Shown piece after piece: positions 37,169-45,866 of a DNA stretch of 64,000 nt. The notes below the pieces were generated by a model. The model saw only the letters and a program-made list of their open reading frames with translations. It was not told the DNA's origin and made no database searches. The position numbers were made by a program, and so were the translations under genes. Where the stretch lies: IMG/VR virus record IMGVR_UViG_3300033463_000012; one strand, given 5' to 3'. Positions within the stretch are counted from its first letter, which is position 1. Every line of letters begins with the position of its first letter. This DNA comes from a virus (Duplodnaviria; Caudoviricetes).

Positions 37169-39421
37169 ATGTTCAAGATAAAAGACGCGTGGCAGATAGT
37201 TGAGAATACTCAGGGTGTTCAGCTTTGGACGGACACCCGAGATGGCCAGCAATACAGATACAAGCAGTTCGGCAATCAGATTTGGATGATAGACAACTGG
37301 AACTACGGTGGTTTGGAAAGTGATTTTAGACCAATATCTAGTTCTATGTCATCCGGTCACGCTTGGAGATATGAAAACGTTTTGGATTACCAAAACTGGG
37401 AATCTGAATATGGCATGAAACGAGGTGCTTTGTATAGCGATGGCACCTCATATATGGGAATACCAAGTGGATGGCACCTAGCAACAAAAGCAGAGTGGGA
37501 CGCCCTTATTGCATGGGCACAATCTGAATATGTTGGTTTTGGTATTCAGGCGCTAATGGCAAAAACAACATTTTGGTGCCCGAATAATCCTTCTTCCGAT
37601 GTTAATTTTGAAAACTACAACAAATCCGGTTTTAATCTTGTTCCGGCAGGTCACGCTTCATGGAGTAACTACAACTTTGAAAAATCCGATAAGAACTACA
37701 ACTGCATAGCTAGTTTTTATACTAGATCTGCTTCTGGTTATAGGAGATACTATACGTTCCAACAGGATGAAAATAGTTTGCCTACAGCCGAAGAAAAGAT
37801 ATTTGATTCGGGTAAATGGTGGGCTTCCTCAGTCCGTCTAATCAAGGACGGCTCTATCCCCGCTCCTCAGCCAATCATCACCGAGATAACCACTTCTCTT
37901 GACTCCACTGGTTCGGACAACAAGATCGCCACGGAAAAGGCAACTCGCACGGCCATCACCAACGCGACTTCCTCCAAGATGTCCAACCCGATGACAACCG
38001 CAGGAGACGTGATTGTCGGCGGTTCTTCCGGAACTCCCGCCAGACTCGCCATAGGAACAAACGGACAGGTTCTCACATCCAATGGGACTACAGCATCTTG
38101 GGCAAATGTTCCTGCACAAGACGGCGACCACAAGGTGGCCACTTCCTCCTCTGATACCACACCAGATTATCTCATAGACAAAATCGGTGCAGGCAATGGC
38201 ATACAGTTGACTGAAATCGTTTCGGGTTCATCTCGCTACATAGAAATTGAAAACACTGCAATGGAAGGTGACCACCAGGTGCAGGTTTCAATATCTGACG
38301 ACTCCGCCGGATATCTGGAGGACAAGATAGTCGCAGGCACAGGTATAACCATAAACGTCTTGTCCGACAGCTCCGGTGTAGAAACCCTGGAGATTTCGTC
38401 ATCCGGTGGCGGTGGTGGCATGGTCAACCCCATGACGACCGCAAACGACATCATCATTGGTGGTTCAAGTGGGACACCGACCAGATTGGGTGCAGGTTCC
38501 GACAAGCAGATTCTGACCAGCAACAACGGTCAAGTCAGTTGGGAAGATTCCTTGTATGCACTTGGGGTGGACAATACGAATGACACCTATATGTTCTACA
38601 CCCAATTCGTAGATTCCAATACGAGAGCCGGTGGCGGATACGAAAACGAGCTGAAGACTCTTGGGATGAATTCGGCTTCAGTCGGCGGAATCCTTTCACT
38701 TCGAGCCGGAACACCCGTTGAAAGCGGATTCATAACCCAGAACGAACCCTACTGGAGAACGGAAACCGACGTATTCAATGCCGGACACCCGATGACTGAT
38801 CAGGGTGACTTGATCGTGGGATCGGCCAGTGGTGTTCCGATGAGATTCGCGGCCGCGGGTGATGGCTCATTCCTCAAGACCACCACGGTTTCTGGAATAG
38901 GCAAGGTCCTTCAATGGGCACCGCTCCCCGCTCCTTCGATTCAGAACTATTCGCTTTCCTTGTCCGACAGCACTTCTGAATCTTCTTCGGAATTGGAAAA
39001 CAAGGTTCACTTCTCCAAGGTATTCTGCCCCAGTGCGAAGACAGTTTCTCGAATGGGCTTCTTCCATAAATCGGGAACACAGGGTGTTGTGGGCATGGGC
39101 ATATACGACGCATCCGGTTCGGCTCTTGCAAGGACCGCGGTTGCTGGGGTGACATCTTCGACACAGGGGCATGTTTGCTGGATGGATTTGGCCAGCTCAA
39201 TAACCTTGGAAGCCGGGACTGAATACTGGTTCGCATTCTTTGAAGGTTGGGCTTCCGGTGAATGGAACTGCGGCATTAACTTCGCCCGGAACACCAACAT
39301 AAACGGCGCCGGAAACACCATAATAATTTCATACAGCTTGGGTTCGGGAACGACTTCAATGCCCGCTTCCATATCCAGCACAATCGAAGGTCAATTCACT
39401 CCGTGGATAGTAGCGGACTAG
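37169..39421 (+). CDS. Tail-fibre-like virion protein 3 with N-terminal FISUMP (Fib_succ_major) domain
   Basis: DTRDGQQY..GNQIWM..NY, PSGWHLAT..EW, SGFNLVPAG, SVRLIKD; then NPMTTAGD repeats; C-domain paralogous to fibre 1. Confidence 0.85.
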   Translation: MFKIKDAWQIVENTQGVQLWTDTRDGQQYRYKQFGNQIWMIDNWNYGGLESDFRPISSSMSSGHAWRYENVLDYQNWESEYGMKRGALYSDGTSYMGIPSGWHLATKAEWDALIAWAQSEYVGFGIQALMAKTTFWCPNNPSSDVNFENYNKSGFNLVPAGHASWSNYNFEKSDKNYNCIASFYTRSASGYRRYYTFQQDENSLPTAEEKIFDSGKWWASSVRLIKDGSIPAPQPIITEITTSLDSTGSDNKIATEKATRTAITNATSSKMSNPMTTAGDVIVGGSSGTPARLAIGTNGQVLTSNGTTASWANVPAQDGDHKVATSSSDTTPDYLIDKIGAGNGIQLTEIVSGSSRYIEIENTAMEGDHQVQVSISDDSAGYLEDKIVAGTGITINVLSDSSGVETLEISSSGGGGGMVNPMTTANDIIIGGSSGTPTRLGAGSDKQILTSNNGQVSWEDSLYALGVDNTNDTYMFYTQFVDSNTRAGGGYENELKTLGMNSASVGGILSLRAGTPVESGFITQNEPYWRTETDVFNAGHPMTDQGDLIVGSASGVPMRFAAAGDGSFLKTTTVSGIGKVLQWAPLPAPSIQNYSLSLSDSTSESSSELENKVHFSKVFCPSAKTVSRMGFFHKSGTQGVVGMGIYDASGSALARTAVAGVTSSTQGHVCWMDLASSITLEAGTEYWFAFFEGWASGEWNCGINFARNTNINGAGNTIIISYSLGSGTTSMPASISSTIEGQFTPWIVAD

Positions 39422-39429
39422 GAGGCATC

Positions 39430-39609
39430 ATGAAAGTAGTCAGACAACGTTATTATATTGATGGAAAAACCTACGAAGACTTGTCCACCCTTCAAGACCT
39501 CAAGGAAGGAACAGTGATCGAAACCGTCCTTGTGGTCGAAGAATTGAAGGAAGAGGACAAGTCAGGAATCAAACTTGGTGGAAAGGGCGAAGAACCTAAG
39601 GAAAAATAG
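39430..39609 (+). CDS. Small hypothetical protein
   Basis: SD GGAGG, ATG 39430, follows fibre 3. Confidence 0.65.
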   Translation: MKVVRQRYYIDGKTYEDLSTLQDLKEGTVIETVLVVEELKEEDKSGIKLGGKGEEPKEK

Positions 39610-39611
39610 GA

Positions 39612-39618
39612 CTAAATT
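39612..39618 (+). promoter_or_regulatory. Putative late promoter CTAAATT
   Basis: Exact intergenic motif. Confidence 0.7.
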
Positions 39619-39638
39619 ATTCACAAAAGGAGATCACT

Positions 39639-39998
39639 ATGCGCAGAAATGACATATTGGGCCTTGATGAATCATACGACCTTGTTGGTCAAGACGGAAA
39701 TGCCTATGCACTCATGGGCTACACTTCTCGTGCAATGAGGGATGCCTATCGGGTTGCAAGACAGGCCGGTGACGAGAAGGCCATGGAAGATTTCGGAGAA
39801 GAGGCACGAAAGGCCACGATGAACAAGGCCATGTCAGGTGACTACAACAATCTTCTGGTCACCCTGGACGACATGATTCGAAAGGTGAATGCATATATGT
39901 TCCCGGACGAAATGAACGAGGACGATGACTATGACTGGGAACAGGACGACAAGGAACTTGATTCTGCAGTCGACCCAGAAGAGGAAAACATCCAGTAA
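39639..39998 (+). CDS. Conserved phage-type hypothetical protein with short leader MRRNDILGLDE
   Basis: LVGQDGNAYALMG..SGDYNNLL module begins right after L-D-E. Confidence 0.8.
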   Translation: MRRNDILGLDESYDLVGQDGNAYALMGYTSRAMRDAYRVARQAGDEKAMEDFGEEARKATMNKAMSGDYNNLLVTLDDMIRKVNAYMFPDEMNEDDDYDWEQDDKELDSAVDPEEENIQ

Positions 39999-40009
39999 AG
40001 GACACCAAT

Positions 40010-40342
40010 ATGAATGATGATGAATTGGAAAACATCTTGATGGACATTGTCAAAGAGGTTGGTGTTGAATCTTCATTCGGTTGCATTGACCCAAACAGCA
40101 TGGAAGCCACAAGAGCTGACGAATGGTTCACTGATTGCTATTATGAACTTGAAGATTTCGTCAATGACAATGGAATGGAAGCGCTCGAAACTCCTGATGG
40201 CAGAGACATGCTGAAACGATTTGAACGTGACCTCAAGAAAAAATTGGATTGGTTGATTTATGACGAAAATCATCCATACGACCTTGAAGACAAAAAGGAT
40301 CTCAATTTCAAAGACACTTTCAAAATGTTGGATGACCTTTGA
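40010..40342 (+). CDS. Hypothetical acidic protein
   Basis: SD AAGGA; 110 aa. Confidence 0.75.
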   Translation: MNDDELENILMDIVKEVGVESSFGCIDPNSMEATRADEWFTDCYYELEDFVNDNGMEALETPDGRDMLKRFERDLKKKLDWLIYDENHPYDLEDKKDLNFKDTFKMLDDL

Positions 40343-40360
40343 TTTTGAAATTCAAGAAAT

Positions 40361-40393
40361 AGGAGAGGACTATGAATCCTCTCCTTTCTTTTT
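40361..40393 (+). terminator. Rho-independent terminator
   Basis: AGGAGAGGA-CTATGAA-TCCTCTCCT followed by TTCTTTTT. Confidence 0.85.
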
Positions 40394-40395
40394 GT

Positions 40396-40402
40396 CTAAA
40401 TT
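40396..40402 (+). promoter_or_regulatory. Putative late promoter CTAAATT
   Basis: Exact intergenic motif. Confidence 0.65.
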
Positions 40403-40430
40403 CTACAGATGTACAGCATGAGGAATCTTT

Positions 40431-40604
40431 ATGTACGATATCATTGTCGGGATCCTTACAATAATCTTTTGGATTTTGACGGCGGCGTTCATAAAGAAGT
40501 GGCCGGAAAGCAAACACGAAAATCTGACAACTTTCCTATACTTCACTTACGCTATCATCTACATAGTTTTCATCTATTTTATAGGAGCAAATCATGGTAA
40601 ATGA
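40431..40604 (+). CDS. 57-aa protein with two transmembrane segments (not in the ORF track)
   Basis: MYDIIVGILTIIFWILTAAFIKKW..FLYFTYAIIYIVFIYFIGANHGK*; SD GAGGA. Confidence 0.6.
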   Translation: MYDIIVGILTIIFWILTAAFIKKWPESKHENLTTFLYFTYAIIYIVFIYFIGANHGK

Positions 40605-40899
40605 AACACTTGAAACCAATGGACTGAAAGTGACTGACGTTCATGTCTTCATCGTGGACAAGAAGAACAGCGACAGTGGCATCCTCGCAATCGCCGAAGT
40701 CGAGTTTAACAACATTCTGATGGTCGGAAGCCTCAGATTGTTCAAGTCCCGTGAAGGTGAACTATACTTCAATTTCCCCCGCAACCCTCAGTCGAAGCGT
40801 GGTCGTTCATATTCCTTCCTCAAGGACGACAAGGCCCGTGCTGAAGTTCTGGCCGAAATCGTGAAGGAATACGAAAGAGTCATCAAGGAACAGGGCTAA
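40594..40899 (+). CDS. spoVG: SpoVG-family nucleic-acid-binding protein
   Basis: KVTDVHV..LAIAEVEFNN..V.SLRLF..G.LYFNFP. Confidence 0.75.
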   Translation: MVNETLETNGLKVTDVHVFIVDKKNSDSGILAIAEVEFNNILMVGSLRLFKSREGELYFNFPRNPQSKRGRSYSFLKDDKARAEVLAEIVKEYERVIKEQG

Positions 40900-40915
40900 A
40901 ATTTCTAAAACAAAG

Positions 40916-40945
40916 AATCGGGGGCTTCAATGGTCCCCGATTTTA
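40916..40945 (+). terminator. Terminator
   Basis: AATCGGGG..CCCCGATT followed by TT. Confidence 0.7.
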
Positions 40946-40969
40946 TTATATTTCTCCTAGAGGTACAAG

Positions 40970-41257
40970 ATGACCAAACCTGACATCCATTCCATTTTCG
41001 GTGATTGTGATCCTGTATTCGAAAAACTCGTTCAGAAAATCTTGAATTTGATAGACTTGTCTGGAAAGAGTCGAGATGCATACAATCTTTCCTGTGACGC
41101 CATGGAAAAAATACACTACGAGGACAATGAAGAGGAATGCTGGGCAATTCTCAAACATTATGAACACCCGACGGAAGTGGATTGGGATGACGCTGAATAC
41201 AGATTCCTCCACGATTTCATGAGGTGGACGAACAAGGCACTGGAGGGAAAGAATTGA
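40970..41257 (+). CDS. Hypothetical protein
   Basis: SD GAGG; upstream TTATTATATT. Confidence 0.7.
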   Translation: MTKPDIHSIFGDCDPVFEKLVQKILNLIDLSGKSRDAYNLSCDAMEKIHYEDNEEECWAILKHYEHPTEVDWDDAEYRFLHDFMRWTNKALEGKN

Positions 41258-42774
41258 ATCTCGAAAAGTTGAGCGAGGTATTCTACCGTGTCCTTGGGCC
41301 TATGAATGAATTGGCTCAGCTGAAGAAGGACATGTCGTTCATGGTCCCCGGTTCCCAATTCTCCCCTGCATTCAAGAATCACACGTGGGACGGCAGGGTT
41401 TCCTTCTTTGATGCGAGACGAAGGACAATACCAGCCGGGCTCTATCCAATGGTGTACAAGATTTGCAAGGAAAGGAATTTCGACCTCAGAGTGGACGACT
41501 TCGTCAAAGCTGACCAAATCAATGATCCCAAACCTGACACTGAAGCGTTCATAAAGTCCCTGAATCTTCCCTTCGCCCCACGTGAGTATCAGATCCAGCA
41601 ATTCGAGAAGGCAATAACTCATCGTCGGGGAGTCATCTGTTCACCCACTGGTTCCGGCAAGTCCTTGGTCATCTATCTCTGCGTTCGCTGGCTATTGGAA
41701 AACATGTCAGGAAAGATCCTCTTGGTCGTTCCCACTGTTTCCCTGGTTGAACAGATGTGGAGTGACTTCAAGGACTATGGTTGGACCGACGTGGACGAAT
41801 ACGGTGAACAGCTTTATTCGGGAAAGGAGCCTACGTTCAAGAAGCGGTTCCTTTTGACCACCTATCAGTCAATCATGAAGAAGGACATGGACTTCTTTGA
41901 ATCCTATACGACCCTGATGAACGATGAAGCGCATTCGGTCAAATCCGCCATGCTGATGAAGATCGCCAAGATGTGCCAGAACGCCAGATATCGCCTGGGC
42001 TTCACAGCCACTGTCCCCAATGAGCCAATTGACTATCTGAACATCTACGGCATGCTAGGTTGGAAAATCTATGACCTGAAGTCCTATGAGTTGATCGACC
42101 AGGGCTATTTGTCCAGAATCAAGGTGGTCAATTTGTTCTTGGAATACTCGGAAGCCACCAGAAAGAGAGGTTCAGGCCGGAGCTATGCAGAGGAAGTGAA
42201 TCTGCTCGAAGACAGTGACGAGAGACTTCAAGGTTTTGCCTACATTCTTGACAATCTTCCGGAAACTCAGAACACCTTGATCCTCGTGAACCATATCAGG
42301 CACTTGAAGAAAATGCAGAAATGGCTGGAGGAAACATACAAGGACAAATTCAAAATCCATGTCATTCAAGGTGCAACTGACCCGATCGCCAGAGAAGGCA
42401 TCAGACAAGGCATGGAAAATGAAAAAGGTTCCGTCCTTCTGGCCACCTATGGCACGATGTCCACAGGCATCAACATCAAGAGGATACACCACATCATCTT
42501 CGGCGCCTCGTCCAAATCCCCCATTCGAGTCCTTCAGTCAATAGGTCGTGGACTCAGACTTCATGAATCGAAGGACAAGTTGATTCTATGGGACGTGGTC
42601 GATGACCTTTCCACGAAGACGAAGCGGGGAAATCTGAAGCTGAACTACATGATGAAGCATTGGAACGAAAGGTTCACGGAAATCTACGGGCCGCAGAAAT
42701 TCGAATGCCTGAAAAAGACACTGAATCTAAATGTAGAAACTGAGGAGAACGCAAATGCTCAAGCCGATAAGTGA
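41254..42774 (+). CDS. uvsW: SF2 DNA helicase (UvsW-like)
   Basis: WDGRVSFF, PREYQ, SPTGSGKS, DEAH, GFTAT, STGINIKRIH, LQSIGRGLR; probable TTG start after GGAGG. Confidence 0.95.
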   Translation: MNLEKLSEVFYRVLGPMNELAQLKKDMSFMVPGSQFSPAFKNHTWDGRVSFFDARRRTIPAGLYPMVYKICKERNFDLRVDDFVKADQINDPKPDTEAFIKSLNLPFAPREYQIQQFEKAITHRRGVICSPTGSGKSLVIYLCVRWLLENMSGKILLVVPTVSLVEQMWSDFKDYGWTDVDEYGEQLYSGKEPTFKKRFLLTTYQSIMKKDMDFFESYTTLMNDEAHSVKSAMLMKIAKMCQNARYRLGFTATVPNEPIDYLNIYGMLGWKIYDLKSYELIDQGYLSRIKVVNLFLEYSEATRKRGSGRSYAEEVNLLEDSDERLQGFAYILDNLPETQNTLILVNHIRHLKKMQKWLEETYKDKFKIHVIQGATDPIAREGIRQGMENEKGSVLLATYGTMSTGINIKRIHHIIFGASSKSPIRVLQSIGRGLRLHESKDKLILWDVVDDLSTKTKRGNLKLNYMMKHWNERFTEIYGPQKFECLKKTLNLNVETEENANAQADK

Positions 42775-43537
42775 AAACGCAGAACCTGTCAAGGAATCCG
42801 TAGTCGAAGAAATCCCGAAGGGTTGGTTGTACATTGACTGGCTTCCTTCCAATTTCAAGTGCTACCCCAAGGGCACGAAGATCCTTTCTCGTCCACTGAA
42901 GGTCCTTGAATTGAAGCATCTCGCCACGATGACGGAGAAGACATCCGACATGGTGATCGACAATGTCCTCAAGGACTCGATCATGGGAATCAACTACGAG
43001 GACCTGATCATCGCCGACAAGCTGTTCATCATCATGTGGCAGCGGGCGAATACCTATCAGGGTGACCAGTTCTCCATTCCGTTCACTTGTCCCGAATGCG
43101 AGAAGGAAGGCAAGTATCTGTTCGATCCTTCCAAGTTGTCCTTCAGTGACATTCCTGAGGACTATTCGCCTGACAAGGAATACGACATCGGTGGACACAA
43201 GGTTCAGCTGGATCAGTTCAGGGTCAAGACCAAGGCATTGATGACCGCATTCGTCCAGGAAAATCCTTCGGTCGACGTGGACATTCTTGCCTCCAATGCA
43301 GTGAGAATCGGAAAGCTGGATGGACAGGAAGTCGACATCGCTACTGCCTACAACTTCGTGATCAACATGCCTCCGGCCGACTTCATCAAGCTGAATGGCA
43401 TCTGCGAAAAGACGGCGATCAAAGTGTTCCCCATCGTCGAAGTCAAGTGCGAATCCTGTGGAAAGGAGGTGCCCGTGATGGTTTCTTTCACGAGCGAATT
43501 TTTTCTACCCTCCTATTCCGTCGGCGACACTGATTGA
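42755..43537 (+). CDS. gp26: Baseplate hub assembly protein (gp26-like)
   Basis: LPS..Y, RPLKV.E, DL..AD..F....RA, two CxxC motifs, terminal FF; upstream CTAAATG. Confidence 0.75.
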   Translation: MLKPISENAEPVKESVVEEIPKGWLYIDWLPSNFKCYPKGTKILSRPLKVLELKHLATMTEKTSDMVIDNVLKDSIMGINYEDLIIADKLFIIMWQRANTYQGDQFSIPFTCPECEKEGKYLFDPSKLSFSDIPEDYSPDKEYDIGGHKVQLDQFRVKTKALMTAFVQENPSVDVDILASNAVRIGKLDGQEVDIATAYNFVINMPPADFIKLNGICEKTAIKVFPIVEVKCESCGKEVPVMVSFTSEFFLPSYSVGDTD

Positions 43538-43538
43538 A

Positions 43539-43721
43539 ATGGAATATGGCCTGATGCGAACACTGGGCATGAGCTACAGTGAAATCGAGCAATGTCCTTT
43601 TGACGAGATTCAGGCCTTCCTTGAACTTCATCGCAGAGAAGTCGAGAACAGACAGAAGGCAAGAGAGGAAGCCAAGTCCGGCAGAAAGATGGTGGACCTC
43701 AAGTCGGCTATGGGTCTCTAG
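43539..43721 (+). CDS. gp51-like hub assembly protein, possibly the frameshifted extension of gp26
   Basis: GMSYSEIEQCPFDE pattern; no SD; frame open from the T6 run at 43499. Confidence 0.65.
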   Translation: MEYGLMRTLGMSYSEIEQCPFDEIQAFLELHRREVENRQKAREEAKSGRKMVDLKSAMGL

Positions 43722-43726
43722 GACTG

Positions 43727-43831
43727 TTCCTCAGCTCCAGGGAACCACTCAGGGACATTTTCTCCAAGGGTAGCTATAACTTATTAGCTCTTGATTGAAT
43801 GGACAGGAATGGCTCCTAATCAGCCAGGAGC
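43727..43831 (+). repeat. Dispersed ~105-bp dyad-symmetric element, copy 4
   Basis: Core GGTAGCTATAACTTATTAG 43769-43787; fills the gap between convergent genes. Confidence 0.85.
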
Positions 43832-43833
43832 AT

Positions 43834-44616
43834 TTACCAATCTATCCCGAAATCGTCATTGTTCCGCGGTGGATATACCTGCGGGGTCTGTTGTTCCCCG
43901 TTCTTCAGTTTCCGCAGGTCATAGTTCTGTGCCAAGGCATCGGAACCACCTTCAAGATATTGCTTCATTGGCTGAAGTTTTTCGGGTGATTCCTCGACTA
44001 TGGCATTTTCATGGTCAGTGGTTTCCTTGACTTCCTCTCCAATGTCATCATAGCTCCTCAACATTGGATTTTCCCAAACACGGGCGATCATTATCCAGGA
44101 GTGTTGAGTGTTCAGAAATTGCGAGTCAGTGTCCTTCACGTCGACCACTTCGTAGAATATGCCGGAATAGTGAGGTCTGAACACGTCCCCGTATTTCGGC
44201 TGATATCCTTCGAGATCAGCTTTCTTTGCATAGGAATCCCAGGCCAGCTTCCCGATGTAGACTTGAAAATTGTCAAGACCTTCAATGCCGAACTTGGTGT
44301 ATTGTCTGTTGTCCGAGGGAAGTTCAAAATACAACTTGACCCTGAACACCTTCCTGACTCGCCTGTCATTGTCCTCGCCGAAGATGCGTTCATTGTAGAG
44401 CGAGTAGTCGATTTGATACCAGTCGCAGACTTCTCCCGCCATGTCCAAGGATTCCGACGTAAGTTGGTCGGTCAACTTCTTTTCCGAGTCATAGCAGGAA
44501 TTGTTGGTGTTGAACCACCCATTGACGAAATTGTAGCAACCGTTCAAAGCGAACACCCTCTGCGAGTCATCCGCTTCGAAGTTCATTTCCGGTGTTTCCA
44601 ATACCTGAATTTCCAT
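43834..44616 (-). CDS. gp14: Neck protein (gp14-like)
   Basis: IFGED, TKFGIE..D, PKYGD....IFYEV..V; reverse CTAAATT at 44622-44628. Confidence 0.88.
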   Translation of the reverse strand: MEIQVLETPEMNFEADDSQRVFALNGCYNFVNGWFNTNNSCYDSEKKLTDQLTSESLDMAGEVCDWYQIDYSLYNERIFGEDNDRRVRKVFRVKLYFELPSDNRQYTKFGIEGLDNFQVYIGKLAWDSYAKKADLEGYQPKYGDVFRPHYSGIFYEVVDVKDTDSQFLNTQHSWIMIARVWENPMLRSYDDIGEEVKETTDHENAIVEESPEKLQPMKQYLEGGSDALAQNYDLRKLKNGEQQTPQVYPPRNNDDFGIDW

Positions 44617-44633
44617 CTACGAATTTAGACAAA

Positions 44634-44666
44634 GAAAAAGGAGAGGATTTCGGTCCTCTCCTTTTC
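44634..44666. terminator. Terminator (can act in both directions)
   Basis: AAAAAGGAGAGGA-TTTCGG-TCCTCTCCTTTT. Confidence 0.85.
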
Positions 44667-44684
44667 ATTGTTCATTTGGTTCAT

Positions 44685-45278
44685 CTACAGCTTTCTGAAC
44701 CTTGATTCATAGCGTCCCATCTCGGTTCTCGCGATGATGTAGGGACCTTCCTTGACGATTTCACGAAGGAAGTCGGGTTCGTCCTCTTCAATCTTCTTGA
44801 TCAGATTCTTCACTTCCTCCGGAGTTTCGATCATTTCCCCGTTTTTCATATCGGACATTCCACCGAAGGCAGAGAAACCGAAGTATTTACGAGCAGCTTC
44901 TTCGTCCTTTGCAATAACGGAAACGATTTCAATTTCCTTGTCTTCCTCATTGCGGAAAGTGAAGACTTCACCAGGAACGGTCTTGATCACACCTGGGGCG
45001 ACGAATTCAATGTATCCATCATCGAAGGTATGCTCATTCCAGAACTTGATGAACTCGTCATTGTCCATGAGGTAGACAGTGCTCCGGGTGTTTCCTCGTT
45101 CACCCCTGCACTTCTCCATCACGACCTGGGTGTTGTTGTTCACGAACCAGAAATACCAGTCCTCGTCCCGTTCACCGGTCGAGAGATCAAAATTCCCGGT
45201 CTTGTCCTCGGCCACTCCCAATTTGACCAGAATCTTGGCGACTTCATCTTCGGTCAATTCTTCTGCTATGACTTTCAT
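44685..45278 (-). CDS. Hypothetical acidic late protein
   Basis: Reverse CTAAATT at 45304-45310; starts MKVIAE. Confidence 0.8.
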   Translation of the reverse strand: MKVIAEELTEDEVAKILVKLGVAEDKTGNFDLSTGERDEDWYFWFVNNNTQVVMEKCRGERGNTRSTVYLMDNDEFIKFWNEHTFDDGYIEFVAPGVIKTVPGEVFTFRNEEDKEIEIVSVIAKDEEAARKYFGFSAFGGMSDMKNGEMIETPEEVKNLIKKIEEDEPDFLREIVKEGPYIIARTEMGRYESRFRKL

Positions 45279-45315
45279 GAACTACCTCTGTACAACTTTG
45301 CGAAATTTAGAGTTC

Positions 45316-45447
45316 TCAGAATTTGTCGGACTTGTTTCCGAACACCGCTTCGTCCACCTGACATAAAAACCAGTGAATCGCAAAGAGTGCAAATGTGGTG
45401 AGAACGACCAGACCCATGGCGATCAAAATGATCCTCAAGAAAATCAC
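45316..45447 (-). CDS. 43-aa membrane peptide (not in the ORF track)
   Basis: GTG overlapping the uvsY stop; MIFLRIILIAMGLVVLTTFALFAIHWFL.. Confidence 0.55.
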   Translation of the reverse strand: MIFLRIILIAMGLVVLTTFALFAIHWFLCQVDEAVFGNKSDKF

Positions 45448-45857
45448 AGGCCGAATCCTCCCTGATACTGAAGGAATTGCAGATAGTTCTTGATCGAGAA
45501 ACTCATGCGGTTGATGTTCCCGAGTGTTTCCTGAAGATAGTCGACCACCAACTTCTGCTTCGCCATGTCAGATGCAAGTTTCAACCAGTCAGGGTCGCAC
45601 TTGATCTGGGAATCAATCTCCTTGGTGGAATCCCACTTGTAGTCGGTTTCGAAGTGGTATTTCTTGTAGAGTTCACCGTAGAGCTTGTCCTGTGACAGCT
45701 GCAGCTTCACGAGAATGGCCGACTGATTGTTGAAGATGTCAAGCCAATGTTGATAGAGACTCGGGATTCCTTGACATTTCTCCATCGCATTGGACTTGTC
45801 GAATTTCAAATCTTCGGTGGCTTGTGCCTTGAGGGCTTTGAATTCCTCTCCAGTCAT
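45444..45857 (-). CDS. uvsY: Recombination mediator (UvsY-like)
   Basis: DLKFD, IPSLYQHWL, IDSQIKCDPD, DYLQETL..I.RMSFSIKN. Confidence 0.88.
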   Translation of the reverse strand: MTGEEFKALKAQATEDLKFDKSNAMEKCQGIPSLYQHWLDIFNNQSAILVKLQLSQDKLYGELYKKYHFETDYKWDSTKEIDSQIKCDPDWLKLASDMAKQKLVVDYLQETLGNINRMSFSIKNYLQFLQYQGGFGL

Positions 45858-45866
45858 GTGATTCTC

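Noticed and set aside
37169-37852. Complete diversity-generating retroelement
   Set aside because: I see no reverse transcriptase and no template repeat with A-specific mismatches in this window; one elsewhere in the genome cannot be excluded.
40409-40600. 63-aa ORF from the track
   Set aside because: The overlapping frame 40431-40604 has an SD and a coherent two-TM product, so it is preferred.
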